A stretch of 64,000 nucleotides of DNA from Octopus vulgaris (Eukaryota): the NCBI GenBank assembly GCA_951406725.2, contig OX597817.1, forward strand, positions 59,768,001 to 59,832,000, in the 5' to 3' direction. Positions 12,081 through 24,222 of the stretch are shown piece after piece. The position numbers and the translations under genes were made by a program. Under the pieces are notes generated by a model, which worked only from the letters and a program-made list of their open reading frames with translations, ran no database searches and was not told the origin of the DNA. Each line of letters opens with the position of its first letter. The first letter of the stretch is position 1.

Positions 12081-12352
12081 TCCAGCTGTAGAAATCAGGC
12101 CAAAGAATGCCACTAGAGCTCAGCAGATCCCATCAAACCATCCAACCCATGCCAGTATGGAAAATGGACATTGAGTCATTATGATGATGATGATGATAGC
12201 AGACGGATGGTCAGGCTGGCTGGCTGGCTGGCTGGCTGGCTATGGGAAATATTTTTTTTTACCGTTGCAGGAATAAAGATTAAGAAAACTGTGTTTGTCT
12301 TTTAGTGCCTGCCTGAATCACTTGTTAACATATTTTCCTTTATATTCCACAG

Positions 12353-12491
12353 GAGATTGCCAACAACTCAAACTCGGAAGCTGTGCTGCAACTTATTAAC
12401 CTAATCGCTGGCAGATATATCTTCACTCTTCATGTCTTTGACAGTGATGGTCTGTCCAGCTCTGATTCTGCTTCCATTATTGTCAAACCAG
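12353..12491 (+). CDS. KIAA0319L: KIAA0319-like exon, second half of PKD5 (EIANNSNSEAVLQLINLIAGRYIFTLHVFDSDGLSSSDSASIIVKP)
   Basis: ccacag acceptor, CAG|gtaaga donor, phase 0 to 1. This is the last recognisable KIAA0319-like exon in the window. Confidence 0.92.
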
Positions 12492-12911
12492 GTAAGAACT
12501 GGGTTTTTACTTCTTCCCCACCCACTCTCATCCATACAAGTTATTTTTAATGGTTTTTTTTTTGCATGTGTTTTTAAAGAAAACAATAAATTGTTCTATA
12601 AAGAAACCTTACCCCATGTGTGACCCAGCAGATCTTGTGCTTTCAGTATTCTGTGATCACATTGTTTTCTCTTCTCTGTTCTCGAATGACCTCATTTCAG
12701 TCACACTCTTGCAATAATGCCCCTTGCAGGGATCTTTCCATGGCCCTTTGTACCCAATCAATGTTCTTCCTCCTTGATAGTAACCCATTTGTCAGATAGG
12801 AGTGTAGGGGGACAGTGCCATTGAAGAGACTAGTGTGTAGGCCCTAGTCTAGCTTTGCTTTGAGCACATCTTTTATTGAGGGTTTTTGGGGTTGACGTGT
12901 GTGTGTGTGTA

Positions 12912-14360
12912 TAAGGTGGTATCAAAGAGTTCCCAGTCTAGTTATATGTTTATTAAAAAAATGACTTATTTACTTAAGTTTTAACATCATCATCATTATT
13001 GTTTAACGTCTGTTTTCCATGCTGGCATGGGTTGGGTGGTTCGACTGGGGTCTGAGGGGGCTGCTCCAGGCTCCAATCTGATCTGGCAGTGTTTCTAATA
13101 CTGGATGCCCTTCCTAATGGCACCACTCCAAGAGTGTAGTGGGTGCTTTTTACGTGCCACCAGTACAGGGGCCAGAGGGGTCTGGCATCGACCACGTTCA
13201 GATGGTGCTTTTTACGTGCCACCAGCACAGGGGTCACAACTACAATTTCCATTTGATTGTAATTTATTTTGATTTTGATGTCTTTGACTTAATAGGTCTC
13301 CTCAAGCACGGAATGTTGCCCTACAATCCAAGGTACTCTTGAGTGGGCTGGGGCTGATTATGCGACACTGGTGTAGGTTACAGCTGTGAACTCGCTTTGT
13401 TTGCCAAGTCTTCTCAGTCACAGCATATCTCCAGAAGTCTCAGTCTTTCATCATTGCCTCAGTGAGGCCCAATATTCGAGGGGCATGCTTCAGCACCTCA
13501 TCCCATGTCTTCCTGGGTCTACCTCTACAGTCATATTGTACAACAACACACCAGTTCAAATGTTCCCCCCACTTTCGGAATCCAACCTGGAAGTTGGTTT
13601 CCATAAGTGAGACAAGGACCTTCTGCAATTCACTCTTGATCTCGACAATGGTGCTAAAATGGTGACCCTTGAACTGCATTTTCATCTTGGGGTTAGAGAA
13701 AGAAGTGCACAGGTGCTAAATCTGGCAAATAAGGGTGGGTGCAGACGTGATACCCTGTTGTTTTTGGCAAAAACCTCACGAGTGGAGAGAGCTTGGTGAC
13801 ATGAGGCAATGCCATTGTGAAGAATTCAGTTCTTAGTGCTCCACAGATCTGATCACTTTTGCCGAATGTCTTTCTCCCTCAAATGCTTCAAAGTGTCACA
13901 GAACAACTCACAACTCTCCATTGATGGTCTGGCTTTGGTGGAAGAATTATCAATGTACAATTCCACATTTATGGGACATGACACACCTGGCAGGTCTTCC
14001 AGATTGCTCATTGTCTACCAGGGACATTCTTCAACTATTAAAGGACCTGTGCCACTCGAAACATTGCCTCCTCACCATAAGCTTGCCAAGGCATGTTCAA
14101 TGTCTCTGTAGCAGACTTCCCAAGCTTAATGCAGAATTTCATGTTAGCCCTTTGTTCCTGTCCATGACAAAATTGCAGACTACAGCAGACACGGGATCAC
14201 AAGATTGCAAATTTCACAATTTGCAGAGTAAACACAGCGATATCGCTTGGCACATCGCTTCATGAAGGTTCACAGCTAGCTCTCACTGCACGTGCAACCA
14301 CATGCTGCCATTTGTTGGTGCACAACAGAACTAATCCAGGAACTTTTTGATACCACCTTG
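12912..14360 (-). mobile_element. Decayed mariner/Tc1-type DNA transposon with terminal inverted repeats, interrupted by an RTE-derived insertion
   Basis: TIR pair aaggtggtatcaaagagttcccagtctagt (from 12913) and actaatccaggaactttttgataccacctt (to 14359). Minus-strand remnants HPYLPDLAP (YSPDLAP-like) and KGHHFSTIVEIK..FQVGFRKW. Confidence 0.8.
12985..13530 (-). mobile_element. 5'-truncated RTE-type LINE 3' end with long 3'UTR and (GAT)n tail
   Basis: Minus-strand RTE C-terminus CRGRPRKTWDEVLK..GLTEAMMKD, followed by the tail gcatggaaaacagacgttaaa(tga)n shared with many repeats in the window. Confidence 0.75.
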
Positions 14361-15360
14361 TGTGTGTGTGTGTGTATATATATATATGTATATATATATG
14401 TATGTATGTGTGTATATATATATGTATGTATGTATGTGTGTATATATATATGTATGTATGTGTATATATATATGTATGTATGTGTGTATGTATGTATGTG
14501 TGTATATATATATGTATGTGTGTATATATATATGTATGTATGTGTGTATATATGTATGTATGTGTGTATGTATGTATGTGTGTATATATATATATGTATG
14601 TATGTATGTATGTGTGTATATATATATATATGTATGTATGTATGTGTGTATATATATATGTATGTATGTGTGTATATATATGTATGTATGTGTGTATATA
14701 TATGTATGTATGTGTGTATATATATGCATGTATGTGTGTATATATATGCATGTATGTGTGTATATATATATGTATGTATGTATGTGTGTATATATATATG
14801 TATGTATGTATGTGTGTATATATATATGTATGTATGTATGTGTGTATATATATATGTATGTGTGTATATATATATGTATGTATGTGTGTATATATATGTA
14901 TGTATGTGTGTGTGTATATATATGTATGTATGTGTGTGTGCATATATATATGTATGTATGTGTGTGTGCATATATATATATATGTGTATGTATGTGTGTG
15001 TGCATATATATATATGTGTATGTATGTGTGTGTATATATATATATATGTATGTGTGTATATATATATATGTATGTATGTGTGTATATATATATATGTATG
15101 TATGTGTGTATATATATATATATGTATGTATGTATGTGTATATATATATGTATGTATGTGTGTGTATGTATATATGTATGTATGTGTGTGTGTATGTATA
15201 TATATATGTATGTGTGTATGTATATATATGTATGTATGTATGTGTATATATATATATATGTATGTATGTATGTATATATATATGTATGTATGTGTGTGTG
15301 TATATATATATATATGTATGTATGTGTGTATATATATGCATGTATGTGTGTATATATATG
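14359..15360. repeat. Compound (TA/TG/TATG)n microsatellite, about 1 kb
   Basis: Direct inspection. It is the source of the long spurious YIHT/VCMY ORFs. Confidence 0.97.
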
Positions 15361-15683
15361 CACCCACTACACTCTCGGAGTGGTTGGCGTTAGGAAGGGC
15401 ATCCAGCTGTAGAAACACTGCCAGATCTGACTGGCCTGGTGCAGCCTTCGGGCTTGCCAGACCCCAGTTGAACCGTCCAACCCATGCTAGCATGGAAAGC
15501 GGACGTTAAACGATGATGATGATGATGATGATGTGTGTATATAGGAAGGGCATCCAGCCGTAGAAACATTGCCAGATCAAACTGGGCTTGGTGCAGCCTT
15601 CTGGCTTCCCAGACCCCAGTTGAACCGTCCAACCCATGCTAGCATGGAAAGCGGACGCTAAACGATGATGATGATGATGATGA

Positions 15684-15728
<45 letters not shown>

Positions 15729-15909
15729 ATATATATATATTTATATATATTCCCCTTTAATCATTTAGTAAAGCCATTTGGTTCTGCTTTTGGAAAACTA
15801 TGAAAAATAGGTTTGTTTTTAGTCTTAAGTATCCTCCCTATTTTATTAACATAAAACAAAACATTTCGCTTTTCTGTGTTTATAATCATTTGACTTTTTT
15901 TCCCCCCAG

Positions 15910-16002
15910 GAGAAGATTTAGGGAAAAAATTAGGTTTGTTTTTCTGTAGCTTATGTAACATTTCTGTGAACTCTATGCAACAGTTGGAAGCTCATAAGAG
16001 TG
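15910..16002 (+). CDS. Matrin/U1-type zinc-finger exon, copy 1 (GEDLGKKLGLFFCSLCNISVNSMQQLEAHKS), ZNF385/ZNF346/ZMAT-like
   Basis: Long polypyrimidine tract plus cag acceptor, gtaagt donor, 93 nt, phase 1-1. Carries the C-x2-C-x12-H part of the finger. Confidence 0.75.
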
Positions 16003-16355
16003 GTAAGTATAGCCAATACATTTTCTGACAACCTTCCCCCCCGTTTTTAATCAGAGCTGTGCTCATTAATTACTGTATTTTAATTACTGCATGTTCAATG
16101 TCTCTGTAGCAGACTTCCCAAGCTTAATGCAGAATTTCATGTTAGCCCTTTGTTCCTGTCCATGACAAAATTGCAGACTACAGCAGACACGGGATCACAA
16201 GATTGCAAATTTCACAATTTGCAGAGTAAACACAGCGATATCGCTTGGCACATCGCTTCATGAAGGTTCACTGCTAGCTCTCACTGCACATGCAACCACA
16301 TGCTGCCATTTGTTGGTGCACAACAGAACTAATCCAGGAACTTTTTGATACCACC

Positions 16356-16356
<1 letters not shown>

Positions 16357-16389
<33 letters not shown>

Positions 16390-16654
16390 GTATATATATA
16401 TGTATGTATGTGTGTATATATATATGTATGTATGTATGTGTGTATATATATATGTATGTATGTGTGTATATATATATGTATGTATGTGTGTGTATGTATG
16501 TGTGTATGTATGTATGTGTGTATATATATATGTATGTATGTGTGTATGTATGTATGTGTGTATGTATGTATGTGTGTATATATATATGTATGTGTGTATA
16601 TATATATATGTATGTGTGTATGTATGTATGTATGTGTGTATGTATGTATGTGTG

Positions 16655-16685
<31 letters not shown>

Positions 16686-17336
16686 ATATATATATATGTA
16701 TGTATGTATGTGTGTATGTATGTATGTGTGTATATATATATGTATGTATGTGTGTATATATATATATATGTATGTATGTATGTGTGTATATATGTATGTA
16801 TGTATGTGTGTATATATATATGTATGTATGTGTGTATATATATGTATGTATGTGTGTATATATATGCATGTATGTGTGTATATATATGCATGTATGTGTG
16901 TATATATATGCATGTATGTGTGTATATATATGCATGTATGTGTGTATATATATATGTATGTATGTATGTGTGTATATATATATGTATGTATGTATGTATA
17001 TATATATGTATGTAAATGTGTATATATATATATGTATGTATGTATGTGTGTATATATATATGTATGTATGTGTGTGTGTATATATGTATGTATGTATGTG
17101 TGTATATATATATGTATGTATGTGTGTGTGCATATATATATGTATGTATGTGTGTGTGTATATATGTATGTATGTGTGTGTGCATATATATATATGTGTA
17201 TGTATGTGTGTGTATATATATATATATGTATGTGTGTATATATATATATGTATGTATGTATGTGTATATATATATGTATGTATGTGTGTGTATGTATATA
17301 TGTATGTATGTGTGTGTATGTATATATGTATGTGTG

Positions 17337-17367
<31 letters not shown>

Positions 17368-17460
17368 GTGTGTATATATATATATATATGTATGTATGTA
17401 TGTGTATATATATATATATGTATGTATGTATGTATGTATATATATATGTGTGTGTGTGTG

Positions 17461-17522
<62 letters not shown>

Positions 17523-17588
17523 TATGTATGTATGTGTGTATATATATGCATGTATGTGTGTATATATATGCATGTATGTGTGTATATA
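16357..17588. repeat. Compound (TA/TG/TATG)n microsatellite, about 1.2 kb (duplicate copy)
   Basis: Direct inspection. Confidence 0.97.
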
Positions 17589-17708
17589 GGAAGGGCATCC
17601 AGCCGTAGAAACATTGCCAGATCAAACTGGGCTTGGTGCAGCCTTCTGGCTTCTCAGACCCCAGTTGAACCGTCCAACCCATGCTAGCATGGAAAGCGGT
17701 CGCTAAAC

Positions 17709-17739
<31 letters not shown>

Positions 17740-17961
17740 TGTGTGTATATATATATTTATATATATATGTATGTGTGTATATATATATATTTATATATAT
17801 TCCCCTTTAATCATTTAGTAAAGCCATTTGGTTCTGCTTTTGGAAAACTATGAAAAATAGGTTTGTTTTTAGTCTTAAGTATCCTCCCTATTTTATTAAC
17901 ATAAAACAAAACATTTCGCTTTTCTGTGTTTATAATCATTTGACTTTTTTTTCCCCCCCAG

Positions 17962-18054
17962 GAGAAGATTTAGGGAAAAAATTAGGTTTGTTTTTCTGTA
18001 GCTTATGTAACATTTCTGTGAACTCTATGCAACAGTTGGAAGCTCATAAGAGTG
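17962..18054 (+). CDS. Matrin/U1-type zinc-finger exon, copy 2 (same coding sequence as copy 1)
   Basis: Same splice sites. Spliced to the 18974 exon it completes C-x2-C-x12-H-x5-H (CSLC NISVNSMQQLEA H KSGNK H). Confidence 0.85.
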
Positions 18055-18973
18055 GTAAGTATAGCCAATACATTTTCTGACAACCTTCCCCCCCGTTTTT
18101 AATCAGAGCTGTGCTCATTAATTACTGTATTTACCCATAAGTTGTACCCCTTTCTGTTGATAGTTTCAATTTTGCCCCCAAACGTGTCCCATCCCAGTGT
18201 TTTTTTGTAAAAATCAAGTACGAAATGGTAGGACTTATCCACAAGTAAATCTGATGATCACTGTGTGGAGACAAATTATTTTGAAAGATTATCTTTAATA
18301 ACTTAATGTCTTTCTAGTTACGATTATCTATGATTATTTTAAAGCTGCAGTGTATTCAGAGTATAATTTTCTTTGTGACTTTGAAGTTTCAAGCTGTTAG
18401 CCTTCAGTGGGAAGTGGAGTGCTGCAAAAGTCCAATGAAGGAGGTTACCTGTTGGAACCTCCAGAGTCACTGCCACTCCTCGTTTTATAAAGGTGTAATG
18501 GATTATGTACTCTACACAAAGGAATTGACTAATTCTTCAGTTTAATGTTGTTTTTATTATAACACAACATAAAAACAAATATTAATATTTTTTTATCTTA
18601 GAGTTACAGGCATTTCCTTGTTGTGCTCACGATGAAGTGAACTTGTACTTAGCTTGTTAGAACTTTGTAACCATTTTGCTATTGTTCACCACCAATTTAA
18701 AATTAATAAATTAAACCAGACTGTTGGCATCAGTTTCTGTTTTGGTGGACTGTGAACTGCAGTCACTAGCTTCATCGGGCATTAAAATATAGTATCCTGC
18801 CTTAAATCTAAGGCAAATAACTACAGTTTGTTAAAATATCTCGCTTCTATTTTCATAAGGGACTTAAGATACATCAACTTAGCAAAAGGGTTTTCCTTTA
18901 TACGTTTCCCCCTGTTTTTTTTTTTTTTATTTCCTCTTAATTTTATATTATGATTTTTTTCAATTTCCTACAG

Positions 18974-19065
18974 GCAATAAGCATGGAAATAAAATGCAGA
19001 AATTAGATGGCAAATGTCTTGATGACAAAGATGGAGACTCTCTAGAGTGCAAAGATGATGACTAA
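18974..19065 (+). CDS. Stop-containing exon of the zinc-finger gene (GNKHGNKMQKLDGKCLDDKDGDSLECKDDD*)
   Basis: U-rich tract plus tacag acceptor, phase 1. Supplies the last His of the finger (HxxGxKH). TAA at 19063-19065. Confidence 0.8.
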
Positions 19066-20603
19066 CACTTGAGTTTTGGTAATGTCTGTTTCCTTCAAAA
19101 GTTCCTTCATTTTGTTTGTCTACAGATGATAATGTATTACAAATATTTTCTAACTCTTTTGATGCCAGTCTGCATAAAGCTGCCCTTGGTTCTAGGATAC
19201 AAAACCATCTCTTTTAAAGTACAGTGGGACACCCATGTACGAAGGGTCCTCCGAATGAACAAATTGAATAATGAATGGGTTTTTTCCAATCGATAAATAA
19301 AACTTGCAGAATGAACTGAAATTTGATCTAAGAACTACAAGCAGGCTATGGGAGAGCATAGTTAAATGGTGTGCTAAAGGAACCAGTTGCATAGTAGTTT
19401 TCTGAAGAAAAATTATATTCAGCCAACAGGCATTTTAGCAACAAACCACAAGTCAACTCTAAGGGACTAAGAGAAGGTCTACAAATGGTTGAAGTTCATG
19501 GATACAGTTTGATGTGGCTTGCAAATTTTCATGTTTTATCTAGGAAGTAATAATATTTCTCATTATTTTTTGATTAAAAAAGAAAACATAACTGTTGATT
19601 GAGACAAGGAAAAAAAAATAACATGCGTGTGTGTATATATTTATTGCTATAGATGATTGGATAAACAACAGATCATTTCAAGCTGTGGAGGGTGGATATG
19701 GCTTAGAATGAATTCCCCTTACATGTGTCTCAAATATTCATACAATAAACAGTTTGGTTAATGAACAAGACTCCAGAATGAGTTATGTTTGTATATAGAG
19801 ACCCCCCCATCAGGATTCCACACAGTTTCCACCTACCGAATTTGTTCACAAGGCATTGGTTGACCAAGGGTTATGATAGAGGATGCTTGCTCAGTGTACT
19901 ACCACACAGTGGGGCTGAACCTGAGATCCTGTGATTGCAAAGAAAGCTTCTACAGTATTTGAAACGAATCAATATGCAAGGAAATGAAAATCGGCAAAAG
20001 ATAATTGCTGTTTCTCTGGGAAAATTTACCAGCATTATTACAGCGAAATGTAGCAAATTGCTCGATTGATGGTAATGTGTATACCAACTATTCAGCCATG
20101 GAGGGATTGTCTTATGATCCTAATGCTTTATTTTCATGTGATTGATCATTATCGTCATCATCAAACATCCAGTTCTGCATGCTTGCATGACTCAGATAGA
20201 ATTTGTTGAGGCAGATTCTCTATGGCTGGATGTCTTTCCTGTTGTCAATCTTCGTTTCCAAGCCAGACATGCTTTACAAGGACAACTGGAAGTGAACAAC
20301 ACTGCTTGTATGACATGGACGCTTGTTTACACTTGTCTCATTATGTCAATACAAAGGTCAACACACACACACACAAATCCATTCATAAGGCTTTGGTCAG
20401 TGTTGGGGCTGTAGTAAAAGAATTACTCAAGGTGCCACGCAGTGAAATGAACTTGAAACCATTTGGTTGGGACCAAGCTACTCAACCACATGGCCTTATA
20501 TGTATATTATAGATTATATACATGGTGGGCTTCTTACAGTTTCTGTTTACCAAATCCACTCCTAAGATTTGGTCGTCCCAGGGCTTTAGTAGAAGACAAT
20601 TTG

Positions 20604-20915
20604 TGGTAAGTAGCTTGCTTACCAACCACATGGTTCCGGGTTCAGTCCCACTGCGTGGCATCTTGGGCAAGTGTCTTCTGCTATAGCCTTGGGCCGACCA
20701 ATGTTTGTGTGTCTGTTTGTCCCTCTAGCATTGCTTGACAACCGATGCTGGTGTGTTTACGTCCCCGTCACTTAGCCATTCGGCAAAAGAGACCAATAGA
20801 ATAAGTACTGGGCTTACAAAGAATAAGTCCTGGGGTCGATTTGCTTGACTAAAGGCAGTGCTCCAGCATGGCCGCAGTCAAATGACTGAAACAAGTAAAA
20901 GAGTAAAGAGAGAGT
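20604..20915 (+). mobile_element. tRNA-headed SINE, family A
   Basis: B-box-like ggttcagtccc, then cttgggcaagtgtcttct, and 3' cagcatggccgcagtcaaatgactgaaacaagtaaaagag. Confidence 0.85.
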
Positions 20916-21899
20916 AAGGTGCCATGCAATGAAACTGAACCCAAGACCACATGGTTGAGAAGCAAGCTGCTTAACCACCCAGCCAACCCCGCACCTATGC
21001 GTCTGTTCATGTCAGTTTTTCTTTTGTTTGTTTCGCTGAGGTTGATGAGTTTTTGGTTTGACTTTCAGCATTTTGAAAATTCTTATTAACTCGTTGACTG
21101 AATAGCTGAAAATGGAATCCAACTGTTTTAGTTAATTGAATTAATTAATGGAGTTGTATCAACGTCAGTATGTAAGCAAGTATGTCTGTTCCAAGTTTTG
21201 TAGTCTGGAACCTACCATTTCCACTAATTTCTATATTTTATGAATTTTCCTTAAAAATACCTCAATATGTCTGCTGTTTGTAATTATGATAGAAGCAAGA
21301 TTAATACTTTGTACTTTCATTTTGTCATTGGTTTTAGTGTTCACATCTCCTTGCTTGCGTGGGTTGGACAGGTTTTCTGTGACTGGATGCTTTTCCTGTC
21401 ACTAACTCTGACTTGTTTCCAAGTGAAGGAGAATATTCACCCATGGCCAAACATGTTTTCATACAAGATCGGAAATGCACATCACTTGTAGAACCAGTTG
21501 TCCGTTTCGTTTTACCGAATCTACTCACATGGCATTGGTTGACTCAGGGCTATGGAAGACATGCAATGGGACTGAACCCAGAACATGTGATTGGGAAGAA
21601 AACTTCTTAATTTTTAACCACACAGCCACGCCTGTGCTTCCATGCATGCGTGTGCACCTACAATTTTCTATTTGAAAATGTCAGTACAATTTCATCTTGG
21701 TGTCAATGAGTAAACTTTCATTGCATTTATTCAAAGTAGCAAAAGGATTTAATCCTGATGTTTTCCTTAAGTTTTCTGCATAAAATGGAGTTGGTTCTGA
21801 AAATGTTTTGAATGTTTACACTTAGCAGAATGTAGCCAGATTAATGTAACTCGTATCGAATTAAACTGCCTTTAATACAATTTCTTTTTCTTTTTCCAG

Positions 21900-24186
21900 C
21901 CTGGTTTCATATGCCTCATGTTGGCACATTGGAGATGGGTACTGTCTTCATCATCTATTAATGCTACTATTTCTACTGTTAACCACCACCACCACCAACA
22001 ACAACAACACTACATATTCAGAGCAGCTTACTTTCTGTCTACCAATTTAGTTATTGTCATTTTATTAAAAAAAACAAAATACTGGACACTCTTCCATTTA
22101 TTTTTCCTTTGAATTTTTAACAAGTTTTTTTTTCTAACCTTCCCTGTTAGGTTTTTAATTTTTCTTTTGTGTGTATAGCTTCCCACTGTCTCCTTTATGG
22201 TTGGCTATTTACAGAAAGGACTGAATCTGACAAAGACAATGTGTCGAAACCTTTTAACCTCCCAGTTGTAACTCATTCTTCACAATTTAGAGAACAAAAC
22301 CCTCTAACTTTTTATATGTTGCCATTTACTGTAACAACAACAACAATAGCAAACACAGCTCACACACACTCACACACACTCTTCATATCCACATGTTATA
22401 TAGCCAAACTCATTTTAATTTTTATGAATTATTTTGTTCCCTACATCCATATTTTGTACATTAAGTCTTTTTTTTTTTTGTCTTATGATGCCAGTGATTC
22501 ACATGTAAGTAAATGTTGTTTTGCTGTTGTCTTTAAAAAAAGAAAAAATCTCTGAAGTTTAATTTTAGTTCCATTTGTTTAGTGTGTATGTTTGTGTGTG
22601 TGTTTATGAACAATTTAACTTAGTAGGCCCTTGTGAAGAATTGTTCCTTCTACAAAAGATTTTTTGATTTAGGTTTTAGTGGATCAGGATAATTCTAAGA
22701 ATGAAACGAACCGTCTCTCTCTTCTACCAGAATAAGATGAATTTATATCTATCTATTCGTAAGGAAATGAGAATTCTACCAACTGAAATCCTTCATCATA
22801 ACACAGTAAAATTTTATTCTTTTTATTCCAAGAACTGATTTCACAGATTTTATTCATTTGAGCTGAAATGAAATTACTTTGATCTTCTACTGCTATTCTC
22901 TACTCTGAACTAACCCCCTTATATAAGGGCGTCTGTATGTACCACTAGCTGTGTGTGTGCGTGTGTATGTATGTTAGTGTACCACTTAATGCTAATATTG
23001 AAATAGCAAACACTTCTCCCATTATTCCATTTATTTGAAATTATCTTTTAGTTTCTTCAGTTTTGTGTTTATAAGTAATTTAACAGGGTATCTTTTATTC
23101 CGTTTTCTTTTGTTTGTTTCCTCTCTTTTGTATCAAAATATTTATAGCTCAGTATTCCACCAAGAACAAATTTTCATCAGGTTGTGTTTCTAGAATTTTG
23201 TTTATTCAACATAACATTCTGATACATTTGTGTTATTTAAACATTATCTTCATTTAGTTTTTCTCCTTACAGAATCACCTGGCTAATATTAGACAATAGA
23301 AGGCATTTAATGGTAAACCTCTCCCCCTACTAAAGTATAAAATATAAGGCAACAATTCTTATGCTTAATGTTAGATTGGGGGTTGTTTGTTTCCCTACTC
23401 TTAACAAGTTTTCTTCTGATAATTTTATTGTAATCTCAGTTAATTAAGCTCTTTAGCCAATGTAACCTGTTGTTTAGGTGATCTTGTTAGCATCATACCT
23501 TGACATCATCATCATTATTATTATTACAGTCTACCTGTGACTCTGGGAATTGGTGTGTGTAAAGCAGGTTTAATTGACAAACATGCCTTCACCCACTGAA
23601 ATTTTAGTTACCTTTTTATTATTCCAGACATATCACAGCAATTGCGATGTTAGACAGCAAATAGACGGGTGGATGTCCTTCCTGCTACTCGTGAGCAAAT
23701 CCTGAAGTAGTTTTAAATACACATCATAGCCATTTAATTTTTTTCTCTTCAATGGTGTTAACATATAAATTTGCTGCTAACATAATTGAAGTTAATTTTC
23801 TACTCATCCTTTGAATGTAAAACTTAGGCAGTGGTAGCTTTTATGTTCTGATATAATAGCTGGAAATAAATTGTGCATTCTGCCCAATTTGTGTGTAAAT
23901 GTGTACATATAAGAATATTCCTACTGCGTACAGAGGTGCCATTCAGTAAGGGCATAGAAGGACAGTACATTGCATTTCAGATTGCTGTGCAAATGGGATT
24001 TGTCTGTTTCTGATGACTGTTTTATTAAAAATTTAGTGTTACAAGTAATTAGGTGGTGTTGTAGAAAATGGTCAACTCTGCTAACTTCCATCCTTGTTTG
24101 GTTGTTAATTCTATCTACATTTTCTGAGAGAGAATGTGACTGAACCCTTTTAAATAAGAAACATTTAATTTCCAACTCTTACATCA

Positions 24187-24222
<36 letters not shown>

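Larger units (their letters stand above)
14091..18132 (+). repeat. About 2-kb tandem duplication (copy 1 14091-16080, copy 2 16089-18132) containing the zinc-finger exon
   Basis: Both copies start gcatgttcaatgtctctgtagcag and end gctcattaattactgtattt. Unique parts are near-identical with a few substitutions, and the microsatellite lengths differ. Confidence 0.95.

Noticed and set aside
14260-17687. Many 220-470 aa ORFs on both strands
   Set aside because: They are translations of stop-poor (TA/TG/TATG)n microsatellites (YIHT/VCMY repeats), not genes.
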